DNA from: Eledone cirrhosa
Taxonomy: Eukaryota
DNA length: 64,000 nucleotides
Direction: 5' to 3'
Assembly: GCA_964016885.1 (NCBI GenBank)
Contig: OZ024742.1
Span: 118,916,001 to 118,980,000 of the forward strand
Below are positions 27,251 through 41,309 of this stretch, in pieces. The first letter of the stretch is position 1. Every line of letters starts with the position of its first letter. A model generated the notes under the pieces. That model was not told the DNA's origin, did not search any database, and saw nothing but the letters and a program-made list of their open reading frames with translations. The translations under genes and the position numbers were made by a program.

Positions 27251-28386
27251 TATCATTAGTCGTTAAAAGACATCTGTAGTATCTAATATTGTTATTGCTT
27301 TTCTAACGTTACTAATTAGCTTTGTTTTGTCTGATGCGAAACAAGACGATGCCGCATATATATAATTTCTAGTAAAGGTGGGACGCCTGTGAAGATCGAT
27401 CAGTGTTGTAATTACAGATTCAGTTATTAATACTGCGTCGATCGAAACCGCTATGCAATATTACAGTTACTGCATCAATTTCAGCCAAATAATGTTATGG
27501 TTCTTTCACACTGATTCGTATTTAACATTATTTATAAACATACAAGTTTTGTGTAAGTGTGTGTGGAAACGATCTACAGGTGTGAATCGGAACCTGGCAT
27601 GATAACAAATTACCAATGCAGACTTGTATAACCTGTATTTTATAAGAGGTGTTGCACTATCCAGAAATATACTGTTTTCAAAACTAATTATTTAACGGTG
27701 AGTTAATTGCTTATTGGCCTTACAGGGTTGAGTTACCTGTGGTTTTTCTATCTCCTAAGAAACTACGAAAAGAATAGTAGGATGCAGAACTACTGTAACG
27801 ACATTTCTACAAATTAGTAATTTTAAAACATTCATTAAACAAAAATTATTCCTTTTATGGACATCTATGTATTACTTCAGTCTGTATATAAATTAAATCC
27901 ATAGAATGGATGCAAGGTGTACTTATACACAGGGCCGGCACTACTGTGTGTGTCCCATTCCCCCAAATAAAACAATTTCAACTTAATTCAGAAATGTTTA
28001 TTCTCAATATATGTGTTTCACTCACAAAGTTGGCTTAAAAACTATTGATAAATACATAAATATGAAAAAGAAAGATAAAAACCAAATGAAGTAATAAGAA
28101 AGGGGGAAGGGGTAAATAAAGGCAGATCTAGTTGTATGGGGAAGTAGAGGAAAGGACTATAAAGGCCATAAATTTCAACTTACTTTTTAGTAAGCTGACA
28201 AACGTAGTTTTTGACACTTCTGGTTCTGACCACACTAAGAAAATTACTAAGCCTGCATTTTCTGCTACACAATTCAGACTCACCCATGTCAAATCGTGTT
28301 ACAGGTCATAACACCATACCATAGTCTCTCTCTATCACTGGATATTTCCACAACGTTGCTATATGACGAAGCTGTTTATTGATATA

Positions 28387-29630
28387 CGAGGTACACTCAA
28401 GATGTTTTGAGACTTTTTCTTTTCAGTCACTTTTAATTAACTTATGTAACTGTCGTTCTAATACATCCTTGATATGGTTATAATAAGCTAACGTGCCAAA
28501 TCTTTTTTTTTTTTCAGTTTGAAGGTACAGGCCACTACAGCACTTTAAACCCTACCTGTCATATACATCTTGTTACAGCTGACTGGTTCCACAATACAGT
28601 CGGGATGTGAGGACAACTTGGAGGCTCAATATGTAATAAAGTTTTGTGTCAAGCTCAGCAAAAACGCTGCAGAAACCTATGAAATGGTCAAAACTGCTTA
28701 CAGACTAGCTTTTATGAGCCAGGTGGCTGTTTTCTGCTGGGACAAGAGATTCCAGGAGAGCAGGGAGCAGGCGAGGGACGACGAGAGGTATGGCAGGGAG
28801 AGGGATATCAGGGCACCAAAGCTGGTCGACAAAATTAACATTTTTTAATGAGGACCGTCATGCATCTTTTCTGATGATTGCTAAACAATTTGAAATGCTT
28901 GAGGGCACTGTGCACAGTCATTCATGATGATCTGAACATGTGCAAAGTTTGTTCCCAGGGGCTCACTGAAGATCAAAGGCAGAGGCACGTTGATGACAGC
29001 AGGAAGATGGTCAAGTGGATCACTTTGAATCTAAGTGTCCTTGAGTCTCTGGTAACCTCTGATGAGAGCTGGGTCTACTGTTATGATCCAGAGGCCAAGA
29101 GACAGAGTGCTCAGTGGAAACATTCTGACTCTCCATGACCTAAGAAGGCCAAGCAAAGTAGGACCACTGGAAGCTCATGATGATCCCATTCTTCGACAGC
29201 AAGGTCATCCTATACATCCACTGGGTTCCCCTACGAAGGCAATTCAGTAAGAGATTTCATCACAAGAGACCAGTTCTCTTCAAGTTTGGTCAGTGGCAGC
29301 TGCACCAGGACAATGCACCCTGCCACAAATCCATCCTGGTGACCAACTACGTAGCCAATATGGGGATCAAGTCTATCCCTCATCCTCTCTACAGTACAGG
29401 CTTAGCCCCATGTGACTTCTGGATGTTCCCAAAGCTGAAGGAGAATGTGGAGGAGATGAAGGAAGCTGTGACAAGCACCTTGGGCACCTTCACTTTAGAA
29501 GTGGTTGGAGCACTACAAGAAGTGCATTGAAGTTGGAGGATCCTATTTTGAGGGAGACTAGAGTTTTGTTGATCTGAGTTAAATAAATGTCTCTCTGATA
29601 AAAATGTCAATACCTCTTGAGTGTACCTTG
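28387..29630 (+). mobile_element. Mariner (Tc1/mariner, D,D34D-type) transposon with disrupted transposase
   Basis: TIRs CGAGGTACACTCAAGA../..TCTTGAGTGTACCTTG with TA on both sides; ORF pieces 'IKFCVKL.K.A.ET', 'VTSDESWVY', 'HQDNAPCH', 'HPLYSTGLAPCDFWMFPKLK'. Confidence 0.94.
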
Positions 29631-30454
29631 TATTTATTACTGACAAGAAAAAATCATATATTTAATTTAATTATACAAATATGTATAAAACTGTGACCCT
29701 TTAAGGTTCAGTAATGTACCTGGGAAATATATGTGAAGGCATGTGGCCTAGTGTTAAGGGTGTTGGACTTTCGATAATACAGTTGTGGGTTCGATTCCTG
29801 GACTGGATTGTGTGCTGTGTTCTTGAGCAAAACATTTCATTTCACATTGCTCCAGTATACTCAGCTGAAAATGAGTACCAGTAATAGCTGGGGGTTTAAC
29901 CCTGTGATGGACTGGCGTCCTGTCTTGTACTCTCACTCACTTCACGCCATGAAACTGGGATAAGCACCGGGCTAACGAGCCTCCTGCCTTGAGACAGTCT
30001 TTGGACTTTGGACTAGGCAGCTACCTAGTTGGCCTAGTGGTAATGCAGGTCCTGCTTATACAAAATGTTCAGTCAATTTCCAATGAATAAAATTACATCA
30101 CTTAAAATATTTACTTGAAAACAGACTGATCTTAACTTTTGGTCTAAAGTGACTATTATTTTTAAACATCACTTTTGCTCTTGTTTAAGAAATTTTTTCC
30201 CATATTTCAAACTTCTGTAGCTATTGTCAAATGATTTGTCATTATATATTTCAAATATATGCATTAGCCATCATTTATATTTTAACCCTTTTATTACCAT
30301 GTCTCTAATAAAATAGTGTATTTGAAATGTTAATGATGAATTGGGAAGAATTTACTAAAATTACGAATCATTTCATTATTAAGATAGTATTTGTAACATA
30401 ACTTAACAAGAGGTTCTTATATCAAATTATAAATAATAATGAAAATGTTTGTGT

Positions 30455-31225
30455 ACAGTGCTCAGGTGCACTACAACTTAGCAAAAGTGCATGTATAGGG
30501 CATAGAATAATGTACAACAGTCAGGAAAGTAAACAGAGTATGAGTCATGATACACACACACACGTGCGCACACATATACCACACACACACACACACACTC
30601 GTGCGTGTATATGGAAGGGGAATATCAGGTGTAGTGTTTGGAGAATTTTGGCAAGTATAGAAGTTTTGAAGGATGCAGTGTCCTCACAGTTAAGGTAGTT
30701 TGTTCCATGCTGCAGCAACTCTGAGCATTAAAAAATGTTTCTGAAAGTCATGGGAGCTGTACTGTTTTCTGATTATATATGCATGTCCACGGGTGTTAGA
30801 CATATGGAATTCAAAATGGTGCCCTGGGTTGTTGATGGAAAGATAGTTAATAATCTAGTGGGTGTCTACCAAGTCAGTCACCAAACATCAGAGCTTTAAT
30901 GTATCCATGCCCAGGGAAGCAAGCGTTCAGAGTATGGTAGATGCCTGATGGAGGGTATTCATTTGGTTGCACGTTTCTGAACAGTTTCCGGGAGATCAAT
31001 GTTCTGAACAAAATAGGGGTTCCAGACTGGTGATGTAAATTCTAAGTGTAGATGCATCATAGCTATATACAGCTTTAAATAGATAGCTGGATAGTGGCTT
31101 ACAAAGGTCTTATTGATTGATGCTAAGACACCCTCAGCCTTAACAATTTTCGAGATGTGCTTTCTCCAACACAAATCATTGTTGATAATAATGTCCAGGT
31201 CATGTTCCCAAAAAGACTTCTTATA
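30455..31225 (-). mobile_element. CR1-like LINE 3' fragment
   Basis: 'LEFTSPVWNPY..NIDL.E.VQKRATK'; 3' UTR shared with the copy at 45266-45780. Confidence 0.85.
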
Positions 31226-32354
31226 TGTTGGAAAATTTGAATTTGAATAGGAATCCTTTAAAATGGGTTATTTTGTTTCATAAAACCAGAAATGGTTTTG
31301 GGCAGACTGGTATAAAATGGGTTACATTCCTGTTATAAAGACTTCTATTAGCCATATACAAGTTACATTACTTTTTTTTAAAGTATGTAGAAATTATGGT
31401 TGAGGATATTTTTGGCATCCCAAGGGAGACTGATAAACATAGAAAACACACTATCAATGATATGAATATATTTTAGGTAATAATGCTTAACTAAAATAAC
31501 TAAGTTCAAATTCATTTTGAAGTTGAATCACTAATGATATATATATTTTCCTCCTAGGAATGCTTCCTAAATTGTAAAATATTGATTTGTTTTACCTAGG
31601 CACTGTGCCAAATGTTCACAAAGAGAAGTATAATTGACTAAATCATTTTCCAGTGTAGTTCTGATACTTTTCTTTTCACTTCAGAGAAATAAAAGCAGAG
31701 TTGACCATAAAGCAACTTGATCTCATATCTTAAAAGAAATACTCTAAAATACTCTGGTAGTGTTTTTTCTCAATATTAATTCATTAAATAGCCCCTCTCT
31801 CCACTGTTTCACACAATTTATTATATCTTAGTAATTTTAATGGCATTTTGTTAAATAAAATGTTAACCCACAGGTCCATTCAAATTACCCTTGTTGATAT
31901 TCTACAGTAGCTTTGAAGATGCTGACACTTTTGCCATTGAAACTAAGTTGGAAACATTAAGAATGAGCTGAACCTTTCAAATTTATTTATCTATTTATTC
32001 ATTCATTCATTTATTTTGCTGTTTAATCAGGGAGGGTGGTTGTTGCTATGGCCCATTTCGGGGCCTCTTAGACTGGTGGGAGGGAGAAATAGAGAAAGGT
32101 ATACTCAAACTGAACACCTGGCCGGAATGCTTGCAACAAAGTGGATTCTGCTAAAGGCACTCAGGAGCTGACTAGTGGTGTTAAACAAGGTGACACAGTT
32201 TCACTGAAGTTCCCTTTCATTTTCCTCTCACTAAATTAGTTTTTCATTCAAAGCAACAATCAGAATGATATAACAAGAAGGCTGCAGAATGGGTATCTAA
32301 AAATAATAATGCATCACACAAGAAATATGCAGACCATTCATATTCAGACATTAT

Positions 32355-32690
32355 TTGTGAGAAAAGTGCAAGCTATGTACAAAGGAGCTGTCAGTAAAGT
32401 GAGGGTAGGAATGGAGTTTAGTGAGGAATTCCAGATACAAGGAGTTCATCAGGGTCCGGTCCTCAGCCCACTCTTATTCATAATAGTTCTCCAAGCCATA
32501 ACAGAGGAGTTTAAGACTGGTTGCCCATGGGAACTTCTCTATGCTGATGATCTGGTACTTATAGCAGAATCAGTAGAGGAGATGATGAAGGACCGTAACA
32601 AATGGAGAGATGCTGTGCTGAAGAGGAACCACCCCACCCTTGCAAGCAGGGAAAGGCAAACGTGAAATGATGGTGATGATGAGGATGAAT
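32355..32690 (+). mobile_element. Internally deleted RTE LINE fragment
   Basis: 'GVHQGPVLSPLLFIIVL..WELLYADDLVLIAES' fused directly to the 3' end 'EMMKDRNKWRDAV' and a GAT tail. Confidence 0.88.
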
Positions 32691-35159
32691 GTAAAATAGC
32701 TTTTGAGCATTGTATCATCTAACACTCTACCTATGTTTATAAAATAATTTAAACCTTCTGTGATATTTTTTATAACAAGGAACATGTAGGCGTCGCAACA
32801 AAAAGCACCCAGTACTCACTGTAACTGAAGTTGGCGTTAGTAAGGGCATCCAGCTGTAGAAACCAGGCCAAAATCAGTTCTGTATGAACAAGACAGTCAC
32901 CTGACCTGCCATTGCCCACAACAGAACATCTCGTCTAACCCATACTAGTCTGGAAAATGGACGTAAAACGGTGATAATGATGAACGACTACAAACTGTTG
33001 AGAGATGTTGAACCTCCATCATTTCTGATAATGACTGCTCCAGTTGATTCAATCATGAAATTAAGATGTGACTGACCATTCCACAGACGTGTGTGTCCTT
33101 AGCATAGTTGTCAGGGAGCTTCAGCATAATACAATATGTGACAAGGCTGGACCCTTGAATTACAGGTCCAACTTATTTTTGCCAATTGAGTGGACTGAAG
33201 CAACATGAAATAAAGTGTCTTGCTCTAGGACACAATGTGCTGCCCGGTCTGAGAATCGAACTTACAACCTTATGATTGCTATTAATATAATTATGATTTC
33301 TAATTTAGGCACAAGGTCAGCAATTTGTGGGGAGCAAAAAGTCATTTATACTTACCCCAGCCAGTTCTTTACTGGTATGTTATTTTATCAACCTCCAAAA
33401 GATGAAAGGCAAAGTTGACCATGCTAGGATTTGAACTCAGAGTATAAATAGCCAGGATAGATAGCTAATCAATTGTCTGATGCTCTAACAACTCTGCCAA
33501 ATAACAGCAGTTTAGTAAAAAAAATAAAAAAAAATAAATTTAAATGATAAACATTTTAATAGTGGCATTGGGGGGGGGGGGGGGGGGGGCTGGTAATAAG
33601 ATGGGACCAGAGGTATTCTCTGATAGAATAGAATAGCAATAACTGCAAACTTGCTGTTTTCTTTATACAATACTAGAGAATCAATTATTATTGATGAGCA
33701 CTCTGAAATATTGCATAAAACACTTCTCTGATTTCATGCAGTGGATAGCATAAAGCTGACCTTTATGTAGTTTTATTCCACATTGATTGTATTAACATTT
33801 CATAGAGATCTAAAACAACTATGGAGTCTTTCATTTGAGATCTTATTTGGTTAGGAAATATTGATGGTCACATTGTTTAAGCTAATTTCATAGAGACATC
33901 AAACAAAATATATATATATATATATATACTTCTGACAGGACCTGCTGGAAGGAGTGTTTGAGGACTCTGCTCTCACAACAGCTCTCAGGAATAAGTGGGC
34001 GAAGAAGAAGAGGAAGAATATACTGGAAGTTATTTTGAGGTTGTTTCTAACATGAGCAAACTAACGAGTGAACCAGAATGTGGCTAGGGTGATGACCAAA
34101 AGATATTCCAAGTTTGTTAACTAACCCTTTAACATTTACATTACTCTATATTTACTATTATATTTTCACAGTAAATACTTTATTTCACATAATATCGAAT
34201 CTACGAGATTTTGATATTATTTATTTTGAGAACAATACCTTAACATAAGTATGAGCAACCAGTTTGAGCAGAAAAATTGAGAGAATTCTGTCTGGATACA
34301 GCCAGTTTAAATGCTAAAGGGTTAAAGTTTTGTCCCATAGCAAACATAAAATTAATTAACAAATCATTAATAGAACTACACCATCCAATGTATTATTTCT
34401 TTCTTTTGAGGCAGAATGTATTTGACTGCTATTTCTAACAAGTTATGCAACTATGTAGACGCTCTCTAGTTGGTTTGTGTATTACGAAGATATTTACTTC
34501 CAAATCTACCTTATGATCAAATGTGAGAGATTTCAACTGTGACTATAACTAGGAATAAATGCAATTACTTATTTAAACCCTTTAACATTTAAACCGGCCG
34601 TATCCAGCCAGAATGTTCTCACCTCTTTCTGGCCGTAACCAGCTGCTCATACTGATGTTAAGGATTGTTCTCAAAATAAATAATATCAGAATCTCATAGA
34701 TTGGATATTATGTGAAATAAAGTGTTTACTGCGAAAATACAACAGTAAATATAGAGTAATGTAAATGTTAAAGGGTTAAGGCAATAGGGAGTTATTTGAA
34801 GGTTATCTGGCAATTTTTCTAGCTGGTTAAGTGATTATGTAGATGATGCTCACTGGATGGATTATATTGAAGAATAGAACATAAGAGGGAATACACTTGA
34901 ATTATGAATCTTCATCATCATCACCACCATTTTACAGAGTGGGCTAGGTGCATTTTTATTGTGACACCAACACTAAGGAGACATTGATGGGAGTGAAAGG
35001 AGGGCGTCATATCCCCATGGGAGAAGAAGTGTTGGGAAATGGAGATGTCATTGAAAAGAGTGGTCTACAAATTAAATATACATGTATAATTAATAATTAA
35101 AAATCTCCAGTGAAAACTGGATAGATTTTTGTCCACTTCAATTGTTTTTCTTTACAATC

Positions 35160-36270
35160 TCTCTACTTCTTCTTTGCCCACTTATTCCTGAGAAGGTTGT
35201 AGGAGCAGAGTCCTCAAACACTCTTTCCAGAGCAACTGATTCACCTGGATCTCCAAGCGAGAGCAGCCAACCTCATGGATGTTATCCAACCATCTTGCTG
35301 GGGGTCTACCCCTGGGTCTCCTGCTGGTTGGTTTTGCCCGTAAAATCTATCCAGCAATTCTTTCCTGAGACATTCTAACCACATGCCCATAGTATCAGAT
35401 CTCTCAATTCAGAGAAGTAGCAGCTCTCCCTGGAGTGAATCTCTGATCTCTGAGCTATGCACTCTATCAAGTAACATTACTCCAAAGACTCTTTGGAGGA
35501 ACCCCATTTCAGCTGCTTGTATTCGCGATCAAATTCTTTCAGTCATTACTCAAGATTCATGACCATAGGTAAGGATTGGCATGAATACTGAATTGAAAAT
35601 AGCAAGTTTGACTTTTACACTGACCTCTCTTCTTCGTATTACTGAATGCTGAAGCTGGCGCATTACTGCACCAGCTCCTGCAATTCTTGCACTTAATTCA
35701 GCTTCCTGCCTTCCATCACTCGTGAATGTGGACCCGAGATATTTCTCTGCCTGCTTCAGTGGAACTCCATTCACATATAGAGTGCATTGCACAAGCTTCC
35801 TTGAGAGGATGAGTGTTTCAGTTTCGCAGCACTGATTTTCATTCCAGCTATGCAGTACTTGGCCAAAAGTGCAAGTCGGAGATTACCTTCTGTTGAGTTG
35901 AGTAACACCATGTCTTCTGCAAATTCCAGCTGTCATGATATCATTTCCAAACTGGCAGCACATGTCAATCCTGTTCATGAAGATAATGAACAGGAGAGGT
36001 GACAGTATACATCCTTGGCAGAGTCCGACTCCCACATTGAATAGTTTCGATTTAGCACGATTTATTCAAACACAAATACTCAGGCATTTGTATAAAGACA
36101 TCAGGGCTGCAAGAAGCTGACCATCAATCCCATACTCTTGCACAACCTTCCACAGCAGGTCCTGAGGGACACGGTCATATGCCTTTTCAAGGTTGACAAA
36201 ACAATAATATACTTCTTGGCAATACTCCCATGATTTCTTGAAGACCTGCCGCAGTGTGAATCCAGCTTCG
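35160..36270 (-). mobile_element. Degraded RTE-type LINE of a second family
   Basis: 'FVNLEKAYDRVP', 'KYLGSTFTSDGR..EL.ARI', 'IFNSVFMPILTYGHES'. Confidence 0.85.
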
Positions 36271-36473
36271 ATAGCTTTCGACAAAGGCGAAGGAATATGG
36301 AGTCTTGACAATCACTAATAGGTGAGAAACGATCACTGCCAATTACTTCCCTTTGTTTTTGCTGAAACTAGGTATGTAACATTAGTCACTATCTTAAATT
36401 CATAGCCAAAGGCCTTCAAAACGTTTTTAATAAACATGCAGTATATTATTAAATATACAATACATACATATCA

Positions 36474-38185
36474 CCATCGTCATCATCATCATATCTTCCA
36501 CGCTAGCATGGGTTTAGATGGGAGTTGTCCCACATGACGCAAGATTGGTTGTCTGCTGGGTTTTCTACAGCTGGATGTCCTTCCTAACATCAACCACGTT
36601 TACAGTGTGGACTGGGAGGTTTTTACCGTGTTACCTACACAGCCACATTACAGTGTGGACTGTGTGTTTTTTGTTGTGACACCTACACGACCTCATTTAT
36701 TTAGGACTGGATGTTGTGGCACCGACATAACTTTAGGTGTAGATGGGGGGGGGGGTAAGTGTAGTGGGGTGGGGGTGTATATTTGGTTATGAGGTGCCTA
36801 CTGACTGTAGGTTTCGCTTTGTACTTAGGCAAGGCGGGTCTTCTGTATTACTGTGTAGCACCAAAGATCTCGGTCCAGTGACATTGTCTTGGAGAGGTGT
36901 AAGTGTGTAAGGTCAGAATTTGTCAAATCGTCCCAGGTTTTTCTGGGTCTACCTACTCCATAGCTTCCGTCTATTTTAATCGCCCTGCACTTTTTTATAC
37001 AGCTTTCAGAGTTTTATACAGCTTTTTTATACAGTACTTTCAGAGCACCCACCACCACTGCTGATTTTGTCACCTAGGTAACGGAAGGTGTCTACTATTT
37101 CTATAGAACCATCTGGGCAATGGAAGGAGCTAGTATCCTGTGGGCACTTGCTGCTACTTATTGCACCTGAACACCGGCCACATATAAAATCTATGTTCTT
37201 GGTTAGTTTACCTGTGATCCCACTACATCTTTTATGCACCCATACTTTGCATTTAAGACATAAAATGGAGTTTCTGCCTACTCCTTTCCTACACACTGAG
37301 CATGGCCATTTCCCAGAGGGGACCAGTGCCCTACTTTCCTTCCTACATACTAGAACTTTAGTCTTAGACAAGTTAATTTTAAGGCCTTTTGATTCTAGGC
37401 CTTGCTTCCAAGTTTGGAATTTCTTCTCTAGTTCAGCCATTGATTCAGCTATGAGCGTTAGATCATCTGCATATAGAAGTTCCCATGGGCAGCCAATCTT
37501 GAACTCCTCTGTTATAGCCTGAAAGGCAATAATAAATAGGAGGGGGCTTAGGACAGAGCCCTGATGAACACCGACTTTTACGCTGAACTCTTCACTATAT
37601 TCGTTAATTCTAACCTTGCTGACTGTTTCTTTATATATGGCTTGTATAGCTCTCACGAGCCATTCATCAATACCTAGTTTTCTAAGAGCCCACCAGATAA
37701 TGGAGTGGGAGACTCTGTCAAAGGCTCTCTCCAAGTCAACAAAAGCTAAGTATAGGGGTTTACTTTTAGCTAGGTACTTCTCCTGAAGTTGTCGTACAAG
37801 GAAAAGAGCGTCTGTGGTACTTTTTCCTGACACAAACCCAAACTGCATTTCATCTAGATCAATTCACTCTCTGATTAGTTGCGCTATAACTTTTTCTGTG
37901 ACCTTCATGACCTGGTCAATTAATTTAATGGCTCTATAGTTTCCCCTCTCTAAGGCATCTCCTTTACCCTTGTAGCAATTAATGATGATGCTGCTACGCC
38001 AGTTATTTGGTATAACCCCATTCTGTATGACTTGGTGTACTATCCGGTAGACCATAGTGTGTCCCACCAATCCAGATGCTTTCAGCATTTCAGCAACTAT
38101 CTCCGCAGGCCCAGTTGCTGTGCCTGTTTTGATCTATTTGATTGCCTTACTTATTATACTACCTTCAACTTGCACTGCTGGTCCC
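36474..38185 (-). mobile_element. RTE LINE (RT domain, 3' UTR, GAT tail) with internal deletion near 37010-37030
   Basis: ORFs 37864..38088 and 37027..37848 (QFGF, AFVDLERAFD, GVHQGSVLSP, YADD, RYLG); 3' UTR matches the 41310-42200 copy. Confidence 0.94.
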
Positions 38186-38199
38186 TCTATTGGATCGAT

Positions 38200-39800
38200 T
38201 TACTACTGCCAAACACTATGAACATAACGAATGAAATTTGCAACAACTGCGTAAACAGCAATAACACTAACCATGTTAGGGCTGCACATGGTGGTGGGGT
38301 GGCTGGTGCGGCCATGTTCGAGACCCCCCCACCCCCACCGCCATCAAGCAATCGCACTACAGGAAAAAGAATGAGTTACCACACTTAATGTTGGCACTCT
38401 AACAGGTAGATCTGGTGAGATAGCGGAGATGCTGGAGAGAAGGCATGTGGATGTGTGCTGTGTGCAAGAGGTGAGATGGGGATGTGCCTCACAGGCAAAC
38501 ATCGTAGTTATAAGCTTTTCTGGGTGGGTAAAGATGATGGGTTAGGTGGGGTGGGCATATTACTGGCTGAGAGGTGGATCAATAAGACAATAGAGGTAGT
38601 TAGAGTTAGTGATAGAATAATTAAGCTTAGATTAGTTGTAGGCAAGAGACTACTGACAATCATCTCTGCCTAGGCAGGCCTAGGTAAAGAATAGAAAGAC
38701 TGCTTTTACGAGCAACTTTTACAAACAGCCTCAATGACAGAGGACAGAGACATCGTTATGCTAACAGGGAACTTCAATGGACATGTTGGACGGCTCCAGG
38801 ATGGATACACTGGGGTACATGGTGGGCACGGTTACGGCTCAAGAAATGAAGGAGTGAGGCTTCTTGAGTTTTGTGATGCAAATACACTAAACATTTGCAA
38901 TACTAACTTCCAGAAGCCTACCAACCACCTAATAACCTACAAATCAGGTGAGCACATAAGCCAGATTGACTTCCTGCTAGTTAGACAACGAGACAGACAG
39001 ATGGTGTCAAATACTAAGGCATACCCTGGGGAAGAATGTACCCCACAGTATAGGTTAGTCATTAGTGACATGAGAAAGAATGAGACATACAGGAAGGTGT
39101 GGAAAAGAAAGGTCTGGAAGCTAAAAGACTTTCATTAAAATATAAATTTAGCAAAGCCCTTCAAGACGTGTATGACGAAAAAGAAGACGATTTAGAGTGT
39201 ATGACATAGGTGATAACTGGAATTTCTTATGTGACAACTTACTGCAGTCTATTGAAGAAACTTGTGATTGGAACAGAGCTTCAACCAGACAGAGAGTGAC
39301 CTGGTGGTGGAACAGCACAGTAGATAGGGCCATTAGAGACAAAAGACTGGTATGGAAGGCTTGGAAAAATGGTGAGAGTAGGGAAGGATACACAGTCACT
39401 AAAAGGGAAGCTAGATGTCAAGTGTACTTAGCACGCAGAGAGGCTGAGAGTAGGATGTTTCAGATTATGAAAGTGGCAGAAAGAATATTAGCACAACTGA
39501 TTAGAGAAAGGGTCAAATTAGATGAGATGCAGTTTGGTTTTGTGCCTCGGAAAAGTATGGTATGGACATGTGATGCTCATGGAGGATGACCGCTGGGTAA
39601 ATAAGTGCCAAGAAATCCCAGTAGAAGGTAGATCACATAAAACATGAGCGGAGGTGGTGAGAGCAAACCTCATATCGCTGAAACTCACCTAGGAGATGAC
39701 GAAGGACCGTCACAAGTGGAGAGATGCTATGCTGAATAGGACCCGTCCAACCCTTGCAAGTAGGGAAAAGCGGACGTAAAATGATGATGATGATGATGAT
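38200..39800 (+). mobile_element. RTE LINE relic retaining the APE endonuclease, most of RT deleted
   Basis: 'NVGTL.GR..E', 'GVGILL', 'G.FNGHVG', 'SQIDFLL', 'TWWWN'; joins to the 3' end and (GAT)n at 39781-39800. Confidence 0.88.
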
Positions 39801-40072
39801 ATATATAATATATATATATATAATATATATATATTATTCAAAATATTAACAAATGAAAAATATTCTCATAATCAAAATATATACTTTATCTCCTTATAAT
39901 ATATAACCAGCAATTTCTCTGTCTGTCTGTCCGACAGTGGAAACACGTGCGCGTGTGCGAATGTTTTTTGCGCACGCGTAGAGAGAGAGTGAGAGAGTGA
40001 GAGTGAAAGAAAGAGACAGACTACAAGAGGGGGATAGCGTGAGGGAGAGAGGGGGGAATTGAGGAGTGCTAC

Positions 40073-40278
40073 AGAAACATATATACATTTCTGTGTGTGT
40101 GTAATATATATATATATACATACACAGAAATATATATATATACACATAGAAATATATATACATTTCTGTGTGTGTAATATATATATATATACACACAGAA
40201 ATATATATATACATTTCTGTGTGTGTAATATATATATATATATACACACACAGAAATATATATACATTTCTGTGTGTG

Positions 40279-40343
<65 letters not shown>

Positions 40344-40432
40344 CAGAAATGTATATATATTTCTGTGTGTATATATATATATATTACACACACAGAAATG
40401 TATATATATATACACACAGAAATATATATACA
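40073..40432. repeat. Palindromic minisatellite ACACACAGAAAT(AT)nACATTTCTGTGTGT; second block at 40985-41310
   Basis: Directly visible; each unit is self-complementary. Confidence 0.92.
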
Positions 40433-40674
40433 TCCCTTAGCTTCTGTACTGTATCTGTTGCTATCTCTCTCTCTCTCTCCAGCTATCCCTCTCTTTTAGT
40501 CTGTCTGTTTCTCTCACTCTCACTCTTTCTCTTTGTAACACACTAATATTCCTCCCCTCTATCGCTGTGCCGAATGGGGAGATGGAGGAGGAGGAGGAGG
40601 AGAGAGTCACTTTGTCACTTCACCTCTGCCTTTCTTTCTCTCCCCTCTCACTCCCTCATTACGTACAGACATTA

Positions 40675-40867
40675 GGGCGGTGGATTGGCAGAATCTGTAG
40701 AGAGTCGGACACCATGCTTCATAGCATGGAGTTACGTCCCTTCACGGTCTGAGTTCAAATACCGCCGAGGTTAACTTTGCCTTTCATCCTCACGGGGCCG
40801 ATAAAATAAAGTACCAGTAATGTACTGGGTAATTGCTGGCCTTGTGCCAAAAGTAGAAACAATTATT
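40675..40867 (+). mobile_element. Full-length SINE family A copy
   Basis: GGCGGTGGATTGGCAGAATC..GAGTTCAAATACC.. core and tail; opposite-strand copy at about 62820-63005. Confidence 0.85.
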
Positions 40868-41234
40868 AGAAACATTGCTTCATTTTTACATATCTAAGCA
40901 TTAGTAAAATAACTAATAATTTCAAAAGTAATTTTTCAATTCCAATTGTTATGAACAGCAAAACATTAATAATAATTTTGTTCTAAGAAATATATATACA
41001 TTTCTGTGTGTGTAATATATATATATATCTACACACAGAAATATATATACATTTCTGTGTGTGTAATATATATATATACACACAGAAATATATATACATT
41101 TCTGTGTGTATAATATATATATATATACACACACAGAAATATATATATATACACACAGAAATATATATACATTTCTGTGTGTGTAATATATATATATACA
41201 CACACAGAAATATATATACATTTCTGTGTGTGTA

Positions 41235-41267
<33 letters not shown>

Positions 41268-41309
41268 GAAATATATATACATTTCTGTGTGTGTAATATA
41301 TATATATAT

